A DNA stretch of 64,000 bases, taken from assembly GCF_009914755.1 (NCBI RefSeq), contig NC_060930.1. The stretch is one strand, 5' to 3'. The notes beneath the pieces are model-generated. The model saw nothing but the letters and a program-made list of their open reading frames with translations. It was not told the origin of the DNA and made no database searches. Of this stretch, positions 47,516-62,299 are shown piece after piece; position 1 is the stretch's first letter, and each line of letters starts with the position of its first letter. Made by a program: the position numbers and the translations under genes. This stretch comes from the human T2T-CHM13v2.0 reference genome, Homo sapiens.

Positions 47516-47635
47516 CTTTTTGTTAATAGAGACAAGGTTTTGCTATGTTGCCCAGGTTGGTCTCGAACTCCTGGGCTCAAGTGATCCTCCCAAGGTGCTG
47601 GGATTACAGACGTGAGCCACCACACCTGGCCCAGC
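47516..47635 (-). mobile_element. FLAM_C / Alu left monomer
   Basis: TSD tgaataaattct. Confidence 0.8.
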
Positions 47636-47892
47636 ACTGAATAAATTCTAATTCATGATTTTAGCCTTCTTTTATATAACTGTTGTTGCTCTACTTTCTT
47701 CTTTTGCTACAAACACAAGAAACATAAAAAGCAAGTTCAGTAAATTTTTATGGGATGCTTTTTATATATGAATATACTGATGCATAGGGAGGGGCCAACC
47801 ATAAGATTTATTAACGTTAAAGGAAAACGGTCATATCCCAAGAGAGCAGCAACCAAATCTCTCATATCTGCCATTACATTAAGAATTTCACC

Positions 47893-50800
47893 TATCCTAA
47901 ATATATACGCACCCAACACAGGAGCACCCAGATTCATAAAGCAAGTTCTTAGAAATCCACAAAGAGACTTAGACTCCCACATAATAGTGGGAAACTTCAA
48001 CACTCCACTGACAGCATTAGATAGATCATAAAAGCAGAAAATTAGCAAAGATATTCAGGACCTGAACTCAACCTTGGACAAAATGGATGTGATAAACCTC
48101 TATGGAACTCTCTATCCCAAAACAGAATATACATTTTTCTTATTGCCACATGGCACATACCCTAAAATTAACCACAAAACCAAACATAAAACAATCCTCA
48201 GAAAATGTAAAAGAATCAAAATCATACCAAACACACCCTCAGATCGCAGCACAATAAAAATAGAAACCAAGACTTTAAAAATTGCTCAAAACCATGCAAT
48301 TACATGGAAATTAAAAAACTTGCTCCTGAGTGACTTTGGGGTAAATAATAAAATTAAGGCAGAAATCAAGAAGTTCTTTGAAACTGAGAACAAAAATACA
48401 ACATACCAGAATCTCTGAGACATAGCTAAGGCTGTGTTAAGAGGAAAATTTATAGCACTAAATGCCCACATCAAAAAGTTGCCTGGGCATGGTGTCTTAT
48501 GCCTATAATCCCAGCACTTGGGAGGCTGAGCCGGGCAGATTGTCTGAGCTCAGGAGTTTGAGGCCAGCCTGGGCAACATAGTGAAACCCCGTCTCTACAA
48601 AAAATACAAAAAAATTAGCTGGGTATGGTGGCACACTCCTGTAGTTCCAGCTGCTTGGCTGAGGTGGGAGGATCGCTTGAGCCCAGGAGGTTGAGCCTGC
48701 AATGAACAGAGATCATGCCACTGCACTTTAGCCTGGGCAACAGAGTGAGACCCTGTCTCCAAAAAAAAAGTTAGAAAGATCTCAAATGAACAACCTAATA
48801 ACACAACTAAAAGAACTAAAGCAGCAAGAACAAACCAACTCCAGAGCTAGCAGAAGACAAGAAATAACCAAAATCAGAGGTGAACTGAAGGAGATCGAGA
48901 CATGAAAAACTATTCAAAAGATCAATGGATCCAGGAGTTGGTTTTTAAAAAAAAATTAATAAGATACATAGGCCACCGGCTGAATTAATAAAGGAGAAAA
49001 GAGAGAAGATCCAAATGAACACAATTAGGAACGACAAATGGGATGTTACCACTGACCCTACAGAAATAAAAATAACCATCAGAAACTACTATGAACACCT
49101 CTATGCACACACTAGAAAACCTGAAAGGGATGGATAAATTCCTGGACACATACACCCTCCCAAGACTGAACCAGGAAGAAATTTATTCCCTGAATAAACC
49201 AATAACAAACTCTTAAAATTGAATCCGTAATGAATAGCCTACCGATCAAAAAAAGCCTCGGACCAGACAGATTCACAGTCGAATTCTACCAGATGTACAA
49301 AATGTGGTACCATTTCTAGTGAAACTATTCCAAAAAATTGAGGAGGAGGAACTCCTCCTCAACTTGTTCTATGAGGCCAGCATCATCCTGATACCCAAAC
49401 CTGGCAGAGACACAACAAAAAAGAAAGCTTCAGGCCAAGTTTGTTGTCCTTGATGAACATCAATACAAAAGTCCTCAACAAAATACTTGCAAACTGAATC
49501 CAGCAGTACCTCAAAAAGCTAATCCACCATGATCAAATAGGCTTTATCCCTGGGATGCAAGGTTCATTCAACATATGCAAATCAATAAACGTGATTCACC
49601 ACATAAACAGAACTTAAAACAAAAACCATATGATTATCTCAATAGATGCAGAAAAGGCTTTCGATAAAATTCAACATCGCTTCAAGTTAAAAACTCTCAA
49701 TAAACTAGGTATTGAAGGAACATAAAATAATAAGAGCCATCTATGAGAAACCCACAGCTAACATCACACGGAATGGGCAAAAACTGGAAGCATTCCCCTT
49801 GAAAACCAGCAGAAGAAAGAGATGCCCTCTCTCGCCACTCCTATTCAACATAGTACTGGAAGCCCTTCCTAGGGCAGTCATCAGGCAAGACAAAGAATTA
49901 AAGGGCATCCAAATAGGAAAAGATGAAGTCCAAACTATCCCTGTTTGCAGATGACATGATTCTATATCTAGAAAATCTCACAGTCTCGGCCCAAAAGCTC
50001 CTTCAGCTGAGAAATAACTTCAGAAAAGTTTCAGGATACAAAATCAATGTACAAAAATCAGTAGCATTCCTATACTCCAACAACACCCAAGCTGAGCACC
50101 ATATCAGGAGCACATTTTCATAATTGGCACAAAAAATAAAATAAAATATCTAGGACTACAGCTAACCAGGCGGGTAAAAGATCTCTACAATGAGAACTAC
50201 AAAACACTGCCTAAAGAAATCAGAGATGACACAAACAAACAGGAAAAAACAGCCCATGGTCATGGATAGGAAGAATTAGTATCATGAAAATGGCCATATA
50301 CTGCCCAAAGCAATTTACAGATTCAATATTACTGCTATCAAACTACCATTAACGTTCTTCACAGAACTAGAAAAAACTATTTTAAAATTTAAATGGAACC
50401 AAAAAAGAACCTAAATAGCCAACACAATCCTAAGCAAAAAGAACAAAGCTGGAGCCATCCTGTTACCCAACTTCAAACTATGTTACATGGATTCAGTAAC
50501 CAAAACAGCATGGTATTGGGACAAAAACAGACAATGTAGACCAACGGAACCAAATAGAGACCCCAGAAATAACACAGTACACCTACTTCCATCTGTTCTT
50601 CGACAAAACTAACAAAAACAAGCAATGGGGAAAGGAGTCCCTATTCAATAAATGGTGCTGGGATAACTGGCTAGCCAGATACAGATGACTGAAATTGAAC
50701 TCCTTCCTTATACCATACACAAAAATCAACTCAAAATGGATTAAAGACTTAAACATAAAACGCAAAACTATAAAAGCCCTGGAAGACAACCTAGGCAATA

Positions 50801-51885
50801 CCATCCTGGGCAAAGGAACTGGTAAAGATTTCATGACAAAGACACCAAAAGCAATCAAAACAAAAGCAAAAATTTACCAATTGGGAAACTTAAGAGCTTC
50901 TGCACATCAAAAGAAACTATCAACAGAGTAAACAGATAAACTACAGAATGGGAGAAATTTTTGCAAACTATGCATCTGACAAAGGTCTAATATCCAGCAT
51001 CTATAAGGAACTTAAACTTACAAGAAAAAAAACAACCCCATTAAAAAGTGGGCAAAGGACATGAACAGACACTTTTCAAAAGAAGACATACTTGCAGCCA
51101 ACAAGCATATGAAAAAGAGCTCAATATCACTTATCACTAGAGAAATGCAAACAAAAAGCACAATGATACACCATCTCATGCCAGTCAAAATGGTTATTAT
51201 TAAAAAGTCAAAAAATAATAGATGCTGGAAAAGCTGCAGAGAAAAGAGAATGCTTATACACTACTGGCAGAGTGTAAACTAGTTCAATCATTGTGGAAAG
51301 CAGTGTGGCAATTCCTCAGAGAGCTAAAAACAGAACTACCGTTTGACCCAGCAATCCCATTACTGGGTATACACCCAAAAGAATATAAATCATTCTACCA
51401 TAAAGACCCATGCACACATATGTTCATTGCAGCACTATTCACAGTAGCAAAGAAAAGGAATTAAACTAAATGTCCATCAATGGTAGACTGGATAAAGAAA
51501 AAGTGGTACATATACACCATGGAATACTATGCAGCCATAAAAAAGGGTCAGATCATGTCCTTTGCAGGAACATGGAAAGAGCTGGAGGCCATCATCCTTT
51601 ACAAACTAACACAGGAACAGAAAACCTCACACCACATGTCCTCACTTACAAGGGGGAGATAAATGAGGACACATGCGCACAAAGAGAAGAACAACAGGCA
51701 CTGGGGCCTACTTGAGGGTAGAGGGTGGGAGGAGAGAGAGGAACAGTAAAAGTAACTATTGGGTACTAGGCTTAGTACCTGGGTGACAAAATAATCTGTA
51801 CAACAAACTACCGTGACACAAGTTTACCTATGCAACTAACCTGCACATGTACCCGTGAACCTAAAATACAAGTTTAAAAAAAAAG
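47893..51885 (+). mobile_element. 5'-truncated L1PA13-15-like element (disrupted ORF2 and 3'UTR)
   Basis: ORF fragments [21 protein letters not shown] (RT), KWCW-region and C-terminal motifs. Many stops and frameshifts. Confidence 0.92.
48481..48769 (+). mobile_element. AluJ nested in L1
   Basis: TSD aaaaagtt. J diagnostics. Confidence 0.88.
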
Positions 51886-52408
51886 AAGTTTCTCTAAGTA
51901 TTCAAGTGTTTGAGCAACATAACTATACTTTCATTTCTATATTTTTACTTGAATATATTTTATTTCTGTGTGTAAATTTTTTCATATTAATATATGTATG
52001 AATAGGTATATCTGGCTGTGAAATTACCTGTATATACCTTTGTGTCCTTTTTATTACTTATAGGGTGGATTTACATTTATGTATATGTCAAATGTCAAAA
52101 TTATATATGTAAAAAAAATTGTAATTATTGAGATCTGCCTTTACTTCTGACACCAAAATAAAATCCAACAAAATCAAAGGTTTAAATAAAATTTTAAAAT
52201 ACAAGGAGAAAACATAGGAGAATATTCTTATAATCTTGGAGTAAGGAAGATCTAAACAAGTCATAAAACGTAGTGATTATAAAGATTGAAAATTAGACTG
52301 CATTAAAATTTAAGATATTTGTATGAAAAAAGAAATGTAAAGAAAATGCAAACTGGAAGTGTACTTAAAACATATCAGAAAAGGCCAATTTCCCCAATAT
52401 GTCTAGAG

Positions 52409-52744
52409 CAGTGGTCCCCAACTTTTTTAGCACCAGGAACTGGTTTTGCGGAAGATAATTTCTCCACAGACGGAGTGGGGGACGGGATGGTTATGAGATG
52501 ACATTGTTCCACCTCAAATCATCAGGAATTAGATTCTCATAAGGAACACACAACCTAGATACCTCGCATGCACAGTTCACAATAGGCTTCATGCTCCTAT
52601 GAGAATCTAATGCTGCTGCTGATCTGACAGGGGGTGGAGTGCAGGCGGTGATGCTCGCCTGCCACTCACCTCCTGCTGTGCAGTCGGGTTCCTAACAGGC
52701 CACGGAATGGTACCAGTCCATGGCCTGGGGGTTGGGGAACCCTG
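52409..52744. mobile_element. MER1B (hAT-Charlie)
   Basis: cagtggtccccaac...gttggggaaccctg TIRs. Internal ctcctatgagaatctaatgc. Confidence 0.88.
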
Positions 52745-52839
52745 GAGAGTGCCTATAAATCAATAAGATAAACGTGCAAAGGCCATGACAGACAGTTCAG
52801 ATACAATGGATATAAATATGTGGCATTTACTTACAGAGT

Positions 52840-53085
52840 ACCTTGGTCATTTAGAACACAGGCTCTGGAGCCGGAATGCCTACTAGGCTTGAATCCCAGC
52901 CCTGCTACTCAGTATCTCCATAACCCTGGGCAAATAATTTTCCTGCTCTATGTCTCACATCTCATGTCTATTAAAAGAGAATAGAAACACTACCTACCTC
53001 ATAGGGTCGCTCAGTTAATTAAGTCAAAAATATAAAGCACTGAGAATAATGCCTGACACATAAGAAATAGTCAATAGATGATGTT
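52840..53085 (+). mobile_element. MIR
   Basis: ggctctggagccggaatgcct...ttgaatcccagc...tgcctgacacataag. Confidence 0.7.
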
Positions 53086-53395
53086 GTATATTAAATAAAA
53101 ATCCCAAAACAATGAAATACTATTTTCACGCAACATGAGTGAAAAGACTAAATGTTAGTTTTACTAGACAGGTAACAGTATGACAAACAGGCCCGTTCAT
53201 AGACTTCCGGTGAAAATATAAATTAGAATAAACTCTTTGGAAGGCAATTGGCAGTATCTATCAAAATGTTAAAGGCATTTGAAACTTAATACAACAATTC
53301 AACTTCTAGACTTTTATATCCTGATAAACTTTGCTTATACAAAAAGACATGTACATGTAATAGCAAAAGATTAGAAATGACCTAAATATCCATCA

Positions 53396-53905
53396 AACCC
53401 AAAGGAAAATAAATCATTCTACCAAAAAGAAGCATGCACTGGTACGTTCACTGCCGTGCTATTCACAATAGCAAAGATGTGGAATCAGTCTAGGTGCTCC
53501 ATCAATGGTGGGCTGGATAAAGAAAATATGGTGTATATACACCATGGAATACTACGCAGCCAGGAAAATACTGAAATCCTGTCCTTTGCAGCAATATGGA
53601 TGCAGCTGGAGGCCATAATCCTAAGCAAATTAATGCAGGAACAGAAAACCAAATACTACTTATTCTCACTAGTAAGTGGGAGCTTAAATATTGGGTACAG
53701 ATGGACATAAAAATAGGAACAGTAGATACTGTTGACTGCTAGAGAGGGGAGGGAAATAGAGTGAAAAACTACTTATTGGGTACTATGCTCACTTCCTGGG
53801 TGACAACATCTGTACCCGAAATCTCAGCATCATGCAATATACCCATGTAACAAACCTGCAAATGTATTCCCTGAACCTAAAATAAACAAATGAAATTATA
53901 AAAAA
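53396..53905 (+). mobile_element. L1PA16/L1PB-like 3' end nested in older L1ME fragments (~52130-54960)
   Basis: ORF 53456..53710 has the ORF2 C-terminus (EILSFAAIWMQLEAIILS). 3'UTR with ccctgaacctaaaataaa. Confidence 0.8.
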
Positions 53906-54036
53906 GAGGTAACTGGTCTAAAAAATTAAGCTGGGAACACTCATTCTATTTTATAAAATGAGATGTTGCCCAACTAAAAATTTCTTAATGAAAAAATTAG
54001 GATTTGGAATACTTTGTGTTAAAATAGAATACTTTG

Positions 54037-54353
<317 letters not shown>

Positions 54354-54505
54354 ATACTTTGTAGTCATTAAAAATAATAAAATAGAGGTATCTGTGCTGA
54401 TAAGAATAATCTCTAAGATTTATTATAGGAAAAAATCAAGGGGGTGTTTGTATACATGTATTTATTTATTTATACATATGTATGCATTTCCATTTAATGT
54501 TTTTA

Positions 54506-54811
<306 letters not shown>

Positions 54812-55494
54812 ATGTATATGCTTGCACATGCATAGAATATTTCCGGGATGATGCTGAAAAGTACTAGGGAGAAGGACTGGACATGCCTAAGATAGGAGAA
54901 ATGCTCTTTACTTATATCGTATTTGAATTTTTTGCCACATGTAAAGTATTCCTTTCAATTAAAACACCTAATTATATTTAAAATCTCAATGACTATGAGA
55001 CTGTGGATATTAATATGTGTAAATATACAAACATTAATCTGCATACACATTTACCTGAAAGACGTAATATGCAATCATTTGAGAACTATTTTATCACGTG
55101 TGTATGAAAACACAAACACTTGAAACAGTGTACTCTGCTAAAGCAGTATATACATATACATACTTTTAATATGTTGTGCACATGTATATGTTATTTGTAA
55201 CCCTCCCATCTGACGGAAAATAAATGTCAGCCTCCATCAAGGGATAATTTCATAGGCTTCACAATTTAAATCTATGATGTTAATCTTCACTTAAATGTTG
55301 GAACCTGAAAAAAATGCTTTTGACTTCTTACATTTAGACAACCCCACTAAATTATTCTTTCTATGCCTCCTCTTTAAATGCACTAATACTTCCTGATATC
55401 TGATTTTTACCCTAGGCAAATAGTTTAAACTATCAAATAATCATAAATGACCCCTTTAAAAAAAAAAAACGGACAATTAAGAGTTAAGAGGCTG

Positions 55495-55831
<337 letters not shown>

Positions 55832-55879
55832 TCAACTAAAGTTATGTTTGCCTAGTCACTCTAAATCAAAGAATAAAAA

Positions 55880-56062
55880 TCGTTAATATTTGTAGATGTG
55901 CTACTATGTGCCAATGACTGTTTTAAGCTCTGTATGTGGATTACCTCATTTTAAACAACGCTATGAGGTATATCTCCATTCTACAGATAAAGAAACTGAG
56001 GCATACGGGGCCTAACTGGGGAGCCAAAATTCAAATCCACAGACCAGTGACTCCGGAGCCTC
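55880..56062 (-). mobile_element. MIR
   Basis: ccattctacagataaagaaactgaggca. Confidence 0.7.
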
Positions 56063-56120
56063 CTGAGAATATCTTCAACAATTCAAAAACTCCTCCACTT
56101 ACAAGATTGTTTTGACATAC

Positions 56121-56252
56121 CTGTGAACAGCCCCGCTCCTCAGAGTGATTTTTTCTGTGACCATTTGTAGTACATGATCCCACTGATTCAAGGTTTTTCT
56201 GGGGATAAGGAGGCGAGAAGCTGGGTTTATGAGGTCTCCATTTGCAATCAAG
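56121..56252 (-). CDS. DCDC2: DCDC2 coding exon 4 (132 nt): LIANGDLINPASRLLIPRKTLNQWDHVLQMVTEKITLRSGAVH(R), N-terminal half of second DCX domain
   Basis: ttttccag|CTTGATT...GTTCACAG|gtatgt. NGD motif typical of DCX domains. Phase 2-2. A 121-nt intron separates it from exon 3. The ORF track does not show this frame. Confidence 0.97.
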
Positions 56253-56373
56253 CTGGAAAACAGGAGGCAAACCTTCTGAAACAGTTATGCCTTGAAAACT
56301 ACAACACAAATTCCAAACCAAAAGGAAACCACCAAGCCAATTTTAACTTGAAGTATAAAGGGTTTCAACTTAC

Positions 56374-56450
56374 AAGATAGTGCACGGCTCCTGAAGCGGT
56401 TTTCTAAAGCGAGCTGACACGTTGATCCTGCTATGGATTACTGGTTTTAC
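56374..56450 (-). CDS. DCDC2: DCDC2 coding exon 3 (77 nt): VKPVIHSRINVSARFRKPLQEPCTI(F)
   Basis: Minus strand ttttaaag|GTAAAACCA...ACTATCTT|gtaagt. The peptide matches the DCDC2 inter-DCX linker. It ends in phase 2, and TT|C joins the next exon. Confidence 0.97.
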
Positions 56451-56999
56451 CTTTAAAAGCAAAGGAAAAAAAATATAAACCACTAAGCTTATATTAGCTT
56501 TTTTTTTCCTATGAGGAAAATCTACAGTTTCTAGGGAACTGCCTGAGACTTCCTGTGCCTTTGTTAAAACCTTGCTTTTCTCAGCATTTCTGTAAACTCT
56601 GAGCTCACCCTTTAGCAATATTATAAGCCCTTAACAAAGCTCTCAAGAAAAGAAAGGAAAATTTCCCTTAAGCCCTAGGCACACTGCTCATGATCTGTGG
56701 AAAAAAAAAAAAAACAGAAATCATTTTCTGTTACGAAAATATTAAGATAATTTTTAAACAATGCATTCTGAAAAACAACAAAATAATCCTATAAAATCTT
56801 GAGCTCTGAAGTGCTGTGCCTGCAGCCCAACATACTGTGTTCCATCATCTTTCCTTTCCCATTCCCATGCACCTGCTTTCTGATCCTTGGCCCCCACCAA
56901 GTGCCTGACCCCACCCTTTTCTCTTAAGACTGACACAAGCAATTTTTCCCAGGTTTCACTTTCTCCCCTATCCCCCATTGAATCAGGTACACTCACGCC

Positions 57000-58470
57000 A
57001 GCACCCTCAATTCCCGCAGCCCTTGCCACTGGGTAGATGTGATCACCTTTGCCTCTCTTTTTGCTTCCAGGGTCCCAGCTGCTATTAGAGAGAACCACGG
57101 GGCCCCACGAGCAGCCCTCACCTGAGACCAGCTTTCAGCATCAAGCCATCACCTGGACCTCAGTATAGCTTGCTCAGCCAGCCCTCCACTCCTCCCACAG
57201 TTCTTTTTTCCATTTCCCACAGTGGATAGTCCAAATCCTCACCTCTCATCTCACCTCACCCCTCACCTAACCCTTAAAATCCCACTCCAGGCACACACAC
57301 TCTCAGCAGGTCATTTCATTCCAAATGTCAAGAAATAGAAGCCAGTAGACACGAAGCCCCTCAACTTTCCTTTCCTCCACAACTCACCTCATCTAGATCC
57401 TCACCATTTTTCTCCTTTTCTGCCTGTCTCAGAAGGAACTATATGCCTTTACGAAGCTAACCCCACATCTTGATTTTGTCCCCGGCTGTCTCTGCTTGTT
57501 CATTCATTTAAGACCTCCATCTCTACCTGGTGCCTTTAATTTTCCCCTTGACCTTATGGCCGCTCTCAAGTACAGCTGCCATCTCTCTCTTCATTATTCC
57601 TATTCCGACTTCCTCCCTATCCTCTCTTCAGGCTTCTGCCGTCTGGTGTCCACCTTTAATACTGGAAGATAAATCCCGACTTTCAAGCATGGCCTGCAAG
57701 AACTCCCAGGGCCAAGTGCCGCTTACTTGGTGCCCTCATCTCCTACCAACACTCCTTCCACACAGACTCCTCGTCACGCACTGTAGTTGAACCAGCCTGC
57801 TCCCCTCCATTCCCAAAACATCCCCTGCATCCACACCTTGCCTTTGCCCCTCTGGCTAAAACGCCCTCCTCATTTCTCCACCTACTGGAATTCCATCTGC
57901 TCTTCAAGGCCCAGCTCAGTTATCACCAATCATTCCCTGCTCATTCTTCTTGCGCTTTCTGTCTCAAACTGCTACAGCTACTATAGTATTGATTCTTGCA
58001 CTTTGAGTTTTAGGTGATTTTACCCCATGATTTGAAAGGAAAACTTACAAACAACACTAATTTATAAAAATAGGTAACAGTTGTGCTATATTTCATGGCA
58101 AGCACCGTACTAAGTAATTTATATGCATTATATATTTTCTAATCATCAAAACAGTGTCCTGAAGTGGCATTACTATAGTCCCAATTTACTAAAGAAACTG
58201 GAGCTTGATTAATTAATTGGCCTAAAATCACACATAATAAGTGGTAGAGTTTTAGTGAACCTATGTCTATGAGCCCCTACTATTTGCTACGCACTTTGCT
58301 AGTTATCTTAAAAATCAAATAGTAGCCCTAGATCATTTATGGGACTCCATTCTTGGTAGAATTATGCCATCTCTGAGAGAAACAAGAATGAATATTTTTT
58401 CTGTGACTCTCAAGTGCCTAAAACAGTGCTTGGCAATGCCTACGAGTTGCACAATAAATGTTTGTTAAAA
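57000..58470 (+). mobile_element. L2 fragments with an intervening antisense MIR (~58060-58290)
   Basis: gataaatcccgactttcaagcatggcctgcaag, tcttcaaggcccagctca, and 3' end caataaatgtttgtt. Confidence 0.55.
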
Positions 58471-58591
58471 TGTCATACTCTAGAGTACAATTTTTAAAAT
58501 TTAATCATAGTAACTTTTTTTCATTTTAAGCACACAGGTTCTTAGCCCTACACTAACACCTAGCATCACATTAAGTGACGCTGACTTTTTA

Positions 58592-58912
<321 letters not shown>

Positions 58913-59213
58913 TTAGCAGGTAATGCACGCACCTGAACAAAATTCAAGTGGTTAAAGGGGGTGTACAGTAAAAAAGAAGTGTCCTTCCCACTCCTATGCC
59001 CTAATCACCAAGCTGCAACCAGAGTTAGAAATATTCCTTCAAAGATAGTCTGTACATACACATGCATATTATCTTATGTACATAGCACATACATACAATT
59101 TTTAAATGCGCTGATGGCCTGCTTTACCAATTCTTCAGCACCTTGCTTTTTTAATTTAATAATTTATCATGGAGATTGTTTCAAATGGGTACTTACAAGT
59201 GAGGGTTATATCA

Positions 59214-59322
59214 TTTTTTTTCCCTTTTAGAGACAGGGTGTTGCTCTGTCACCCAGGCTAGAGTACAGTGGTGCGATCACAGCTCACTGTAACCTCAAAT
59301 TCCTGGGCTTAAGCATTCCTCC
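59214..59322 (-). mobile_element. AluJ 3' fragment
   Basis: agagacagggtgttgctctgtcacccagg...tcctgggcttaagc. Confidence 0.8.
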
Positions 59323-60150
59323 TTAGTGCCTTAGCTAGCAATGCACTAAGCACATACAGAGGATGCTCTGCTGTTATCTCTTCAATATGTGACTCTCTAA
59401 CCATACCCATTCTTGATGGTTTAAAATCTTGTTGGGTTATTGAATTAAAGGCAAAAGTTAATATGTTATATCAATAAGTAACTTTAAAAATCTTGTTGCA
59501 TTGTCTAAAACATGCTGTTTTGCTTTAGAGCACAGATAGCTATAAACAATATATTGAAATTCATAAAAATACATGATTGTTGAAATAATTATGTAATTTG
59601 ATTCTGAGTATGTAAATTATTACTTGAATTCAATCAAACCATCTGTTTTAAATAATAATTGTTTTCCTCATTCGGCATGGCAAAAGTGTTCCCCAAATGT
59701 TCATGATTAACCAGTTGAATTGAAAACTAATCTTAAAGTTATATTTCCTTGAGTTACATAATTAAAATAACTAAATTACTGTTTTCAGATACACTAAAAA
59801 TCTGAAAAACTACTCAAAGTAGTATACCTGAATTGTAAAAGAAACAAAAAGATAATTATAAAAAATGATTCATACTTTTTAAAAACAATACCAGTTTTTA
59901 TACAAAATGCATTTTTAGCAGGCATTTTAAGTAATAAACAACACACAAAAAAATTAAACCAAATCAACTGGGTATAAGAGGAACTTCTCCAGAGCCCTAA
60001 TCGGGGATAAAGGGTTGGTCAGTTGATGGTACTCTAGGGACATGATGGCTTTAGATGATGGGGAACATAATGATAAATTAGAATTTTTAAATCAATTTTC
60101 TTATTAGCCCATACACTTCCCCTTGCACTGTAAACATAAATGCCACTTCA

Positions 60151-60461
60151 GGCCAGGTGCAGTGGCTTACACCTATAATCCCAGCACTTTGGGAGGCCAA
60201 GGGGGGGTGGATCACCTGAGGTCAGGAGTTTGAGACCAGCCATGGCCAACATGGTGAAACCCCATCTCTACTAAAAATACAAAAATTATCTGGGCGTGGT
60301 GGTGTGCACCTGTAATTCCAACTACTTGGAAGCTGAGGGATGAGAATCACTTGAACCCAGAAGGCAGTGGTTGCAGTGAGCCAAGATTGCACCACTGCAC
60401 TTCAGCCTGGGCAACAAGAGCAAAACTCTGTCTCAAAAAAAAAAGAAAGGAAAGAAAAGAA
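60151..60461 (+). mobile_element. AluSq/Sx-like
   Basis: Full dimer. TSD aaatgc.actt. Confidence 0.9.
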
Positions 60462-60900
60462 ATGCTACTTGAAATATGAGGGTAATATTAAGTATCAACA
60501 CTCCTAGTTACAAGGAGATGGACACCTAGAGATGGAGTATGAGGTATTCTCACTCAGAGCCCCGTGTAGCCAGGGATGGAGTTCACTGGTGAGCAGGCTG
60601 ACCAGCGTGTAATCTGTGACTACGAAACCAATCAAATGGTAAGTTATCATTGCAAAATTCAAACTTTCACTTTGTACTTTGACTTTGTCATTTGGTGAAG
60701 GAATCAACACCAAGCAAAAGCAGGACACACTGATGACTGACCTCTTGCCTTGATTCTGCACTGGGCTCAACATTGTCTTGAAAAACCAAATTTATTTCAA
60801 TATTGAGAAGTAGGTTAGCCGAGTGAATTAGAGAGAGGAGTCATTCTGGAGCAGGCTGAAGAGGCTGGCAAAACCCCATTTCAAACCCCTGAGTGGAGAT

Positions 60901-60982
<82 letters not shown>
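60901..60982. repeat. Compound tetranucleotide STR (TAGA)13(CAGA)7
   Basis: Counted directly, uninterrupted. Confidence 0.97.
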
Positions 60983-60984
<2 letters not shown>

Positions 60985-62299
60985 ATATTTCTTGGAAATA
61001 TTTCCAAAGTCAAAGGTGGCAAAAGTAACTTAACCATTCTTACCCTGCTGGAATGGGATGAGCTAGGAGTCTAGTGCAGAATTTGGATACAAATCACATG
61101 CTGTCTCCAATATATCACCCTGTCTCTGACATCTTATTTAGATTAGATTTTATGTCACAGATGACCATACAAAAATAAAATGCTTCATGTGAATCCAGTA
61201 AGTTTACATAAGTAATTTAAGTCAAGTTCACAAATTCCATAACAGTAGGTCAATATCACAGCTGGGTCAACATTCAAGTTAAAAGCTGGATGAATCTGTT
61301 TGCTATGAAAAATAAAATCAATAAAATCAAAATTGTTCCTTTAAAAACATATATTTGGAATAACAAGATGAAGGTTGATAAACTGAGTAACTGACTAAAG
61401 CTCTGGAATTCTGAATTTTGACACTGATTGCCTAAACCTTTTTACATGAGCCAATTCAACACTTCACACTTCAATTTCTAGACCTATAAAAGTAGGAATA
61501 ATCCTGCTAAACTAGCCCAAAGGGATGCTCCATGAACTAATTAATAAAGTGGAAATATCACTCCCTGGGGCTGTAAACTGAATGCTTCTGAGAATCCCTC
61601 TGCCTCAAATCTCAGCACTCACCACGTCTTGAAAACCTGGTCCAAAAAAAAACAAACTCTGTCTAAAGAGGTGAGGAAAGGATGCTGTTAAATGATACTA
61701 TCACAAAATTGTAATGACCACAAACCTCTTGGAAGAACTGATTATAGAATTTAAAAGCTCAATTTTCAATAACTTTAAAAAATACATATCAGATTTTTGT
61801 GACTGTCCATGAGATAGGCATTTTTAAAGAAAAATATGTAGTGAAATTTCTTACTTGCAAAATATAAGCCAACCTACACAAAAAAGCTTCAACTCTATTT
61901 TCTTTATCGTATGGATTTAAGGAAAAGTAGGTTCTCAAAATGGTAATTTTAGAGGAAACTGTTACTACTTAGCAAACAGCACACAGCATCAAAGAGAACA
62001 AAATCCTTTACAAAATAATGAATCAGTTTTCACCACTTTTTGATAAATGAGAAGGGCCAAAGGCTAGTAAAAGACACCAGACTAGAAAACAATTTATCAA
62101 GGAGTCAATACACCAGATACATCCAAATTATAGATTGTTCTGAAAAAGATTTTTTAAAGAATCATTCTTTTTTTTTTTCAGTATCACTATTTTTTAAATG
62201 GGAGAAAGACTGGCTAAGATGTCTGATGAGATCTACTAGACTGAACGGGCCCTATTTTTGAGGGGATGTGCCATAACTGATATTGGAAAGTGCCAATGT

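Noticed and set aside
47893-51885. Possible active reverse transcriptase gene
   Set aside because: 5'-truncated old L1 with many stops and frameshifts and a nested Alu.
56031-56321. ORF-track 96-aa minus ORF overlapping exon 4
   Set aside because: Wrong frame. The spliced DCX frame is the phase-consistent one.
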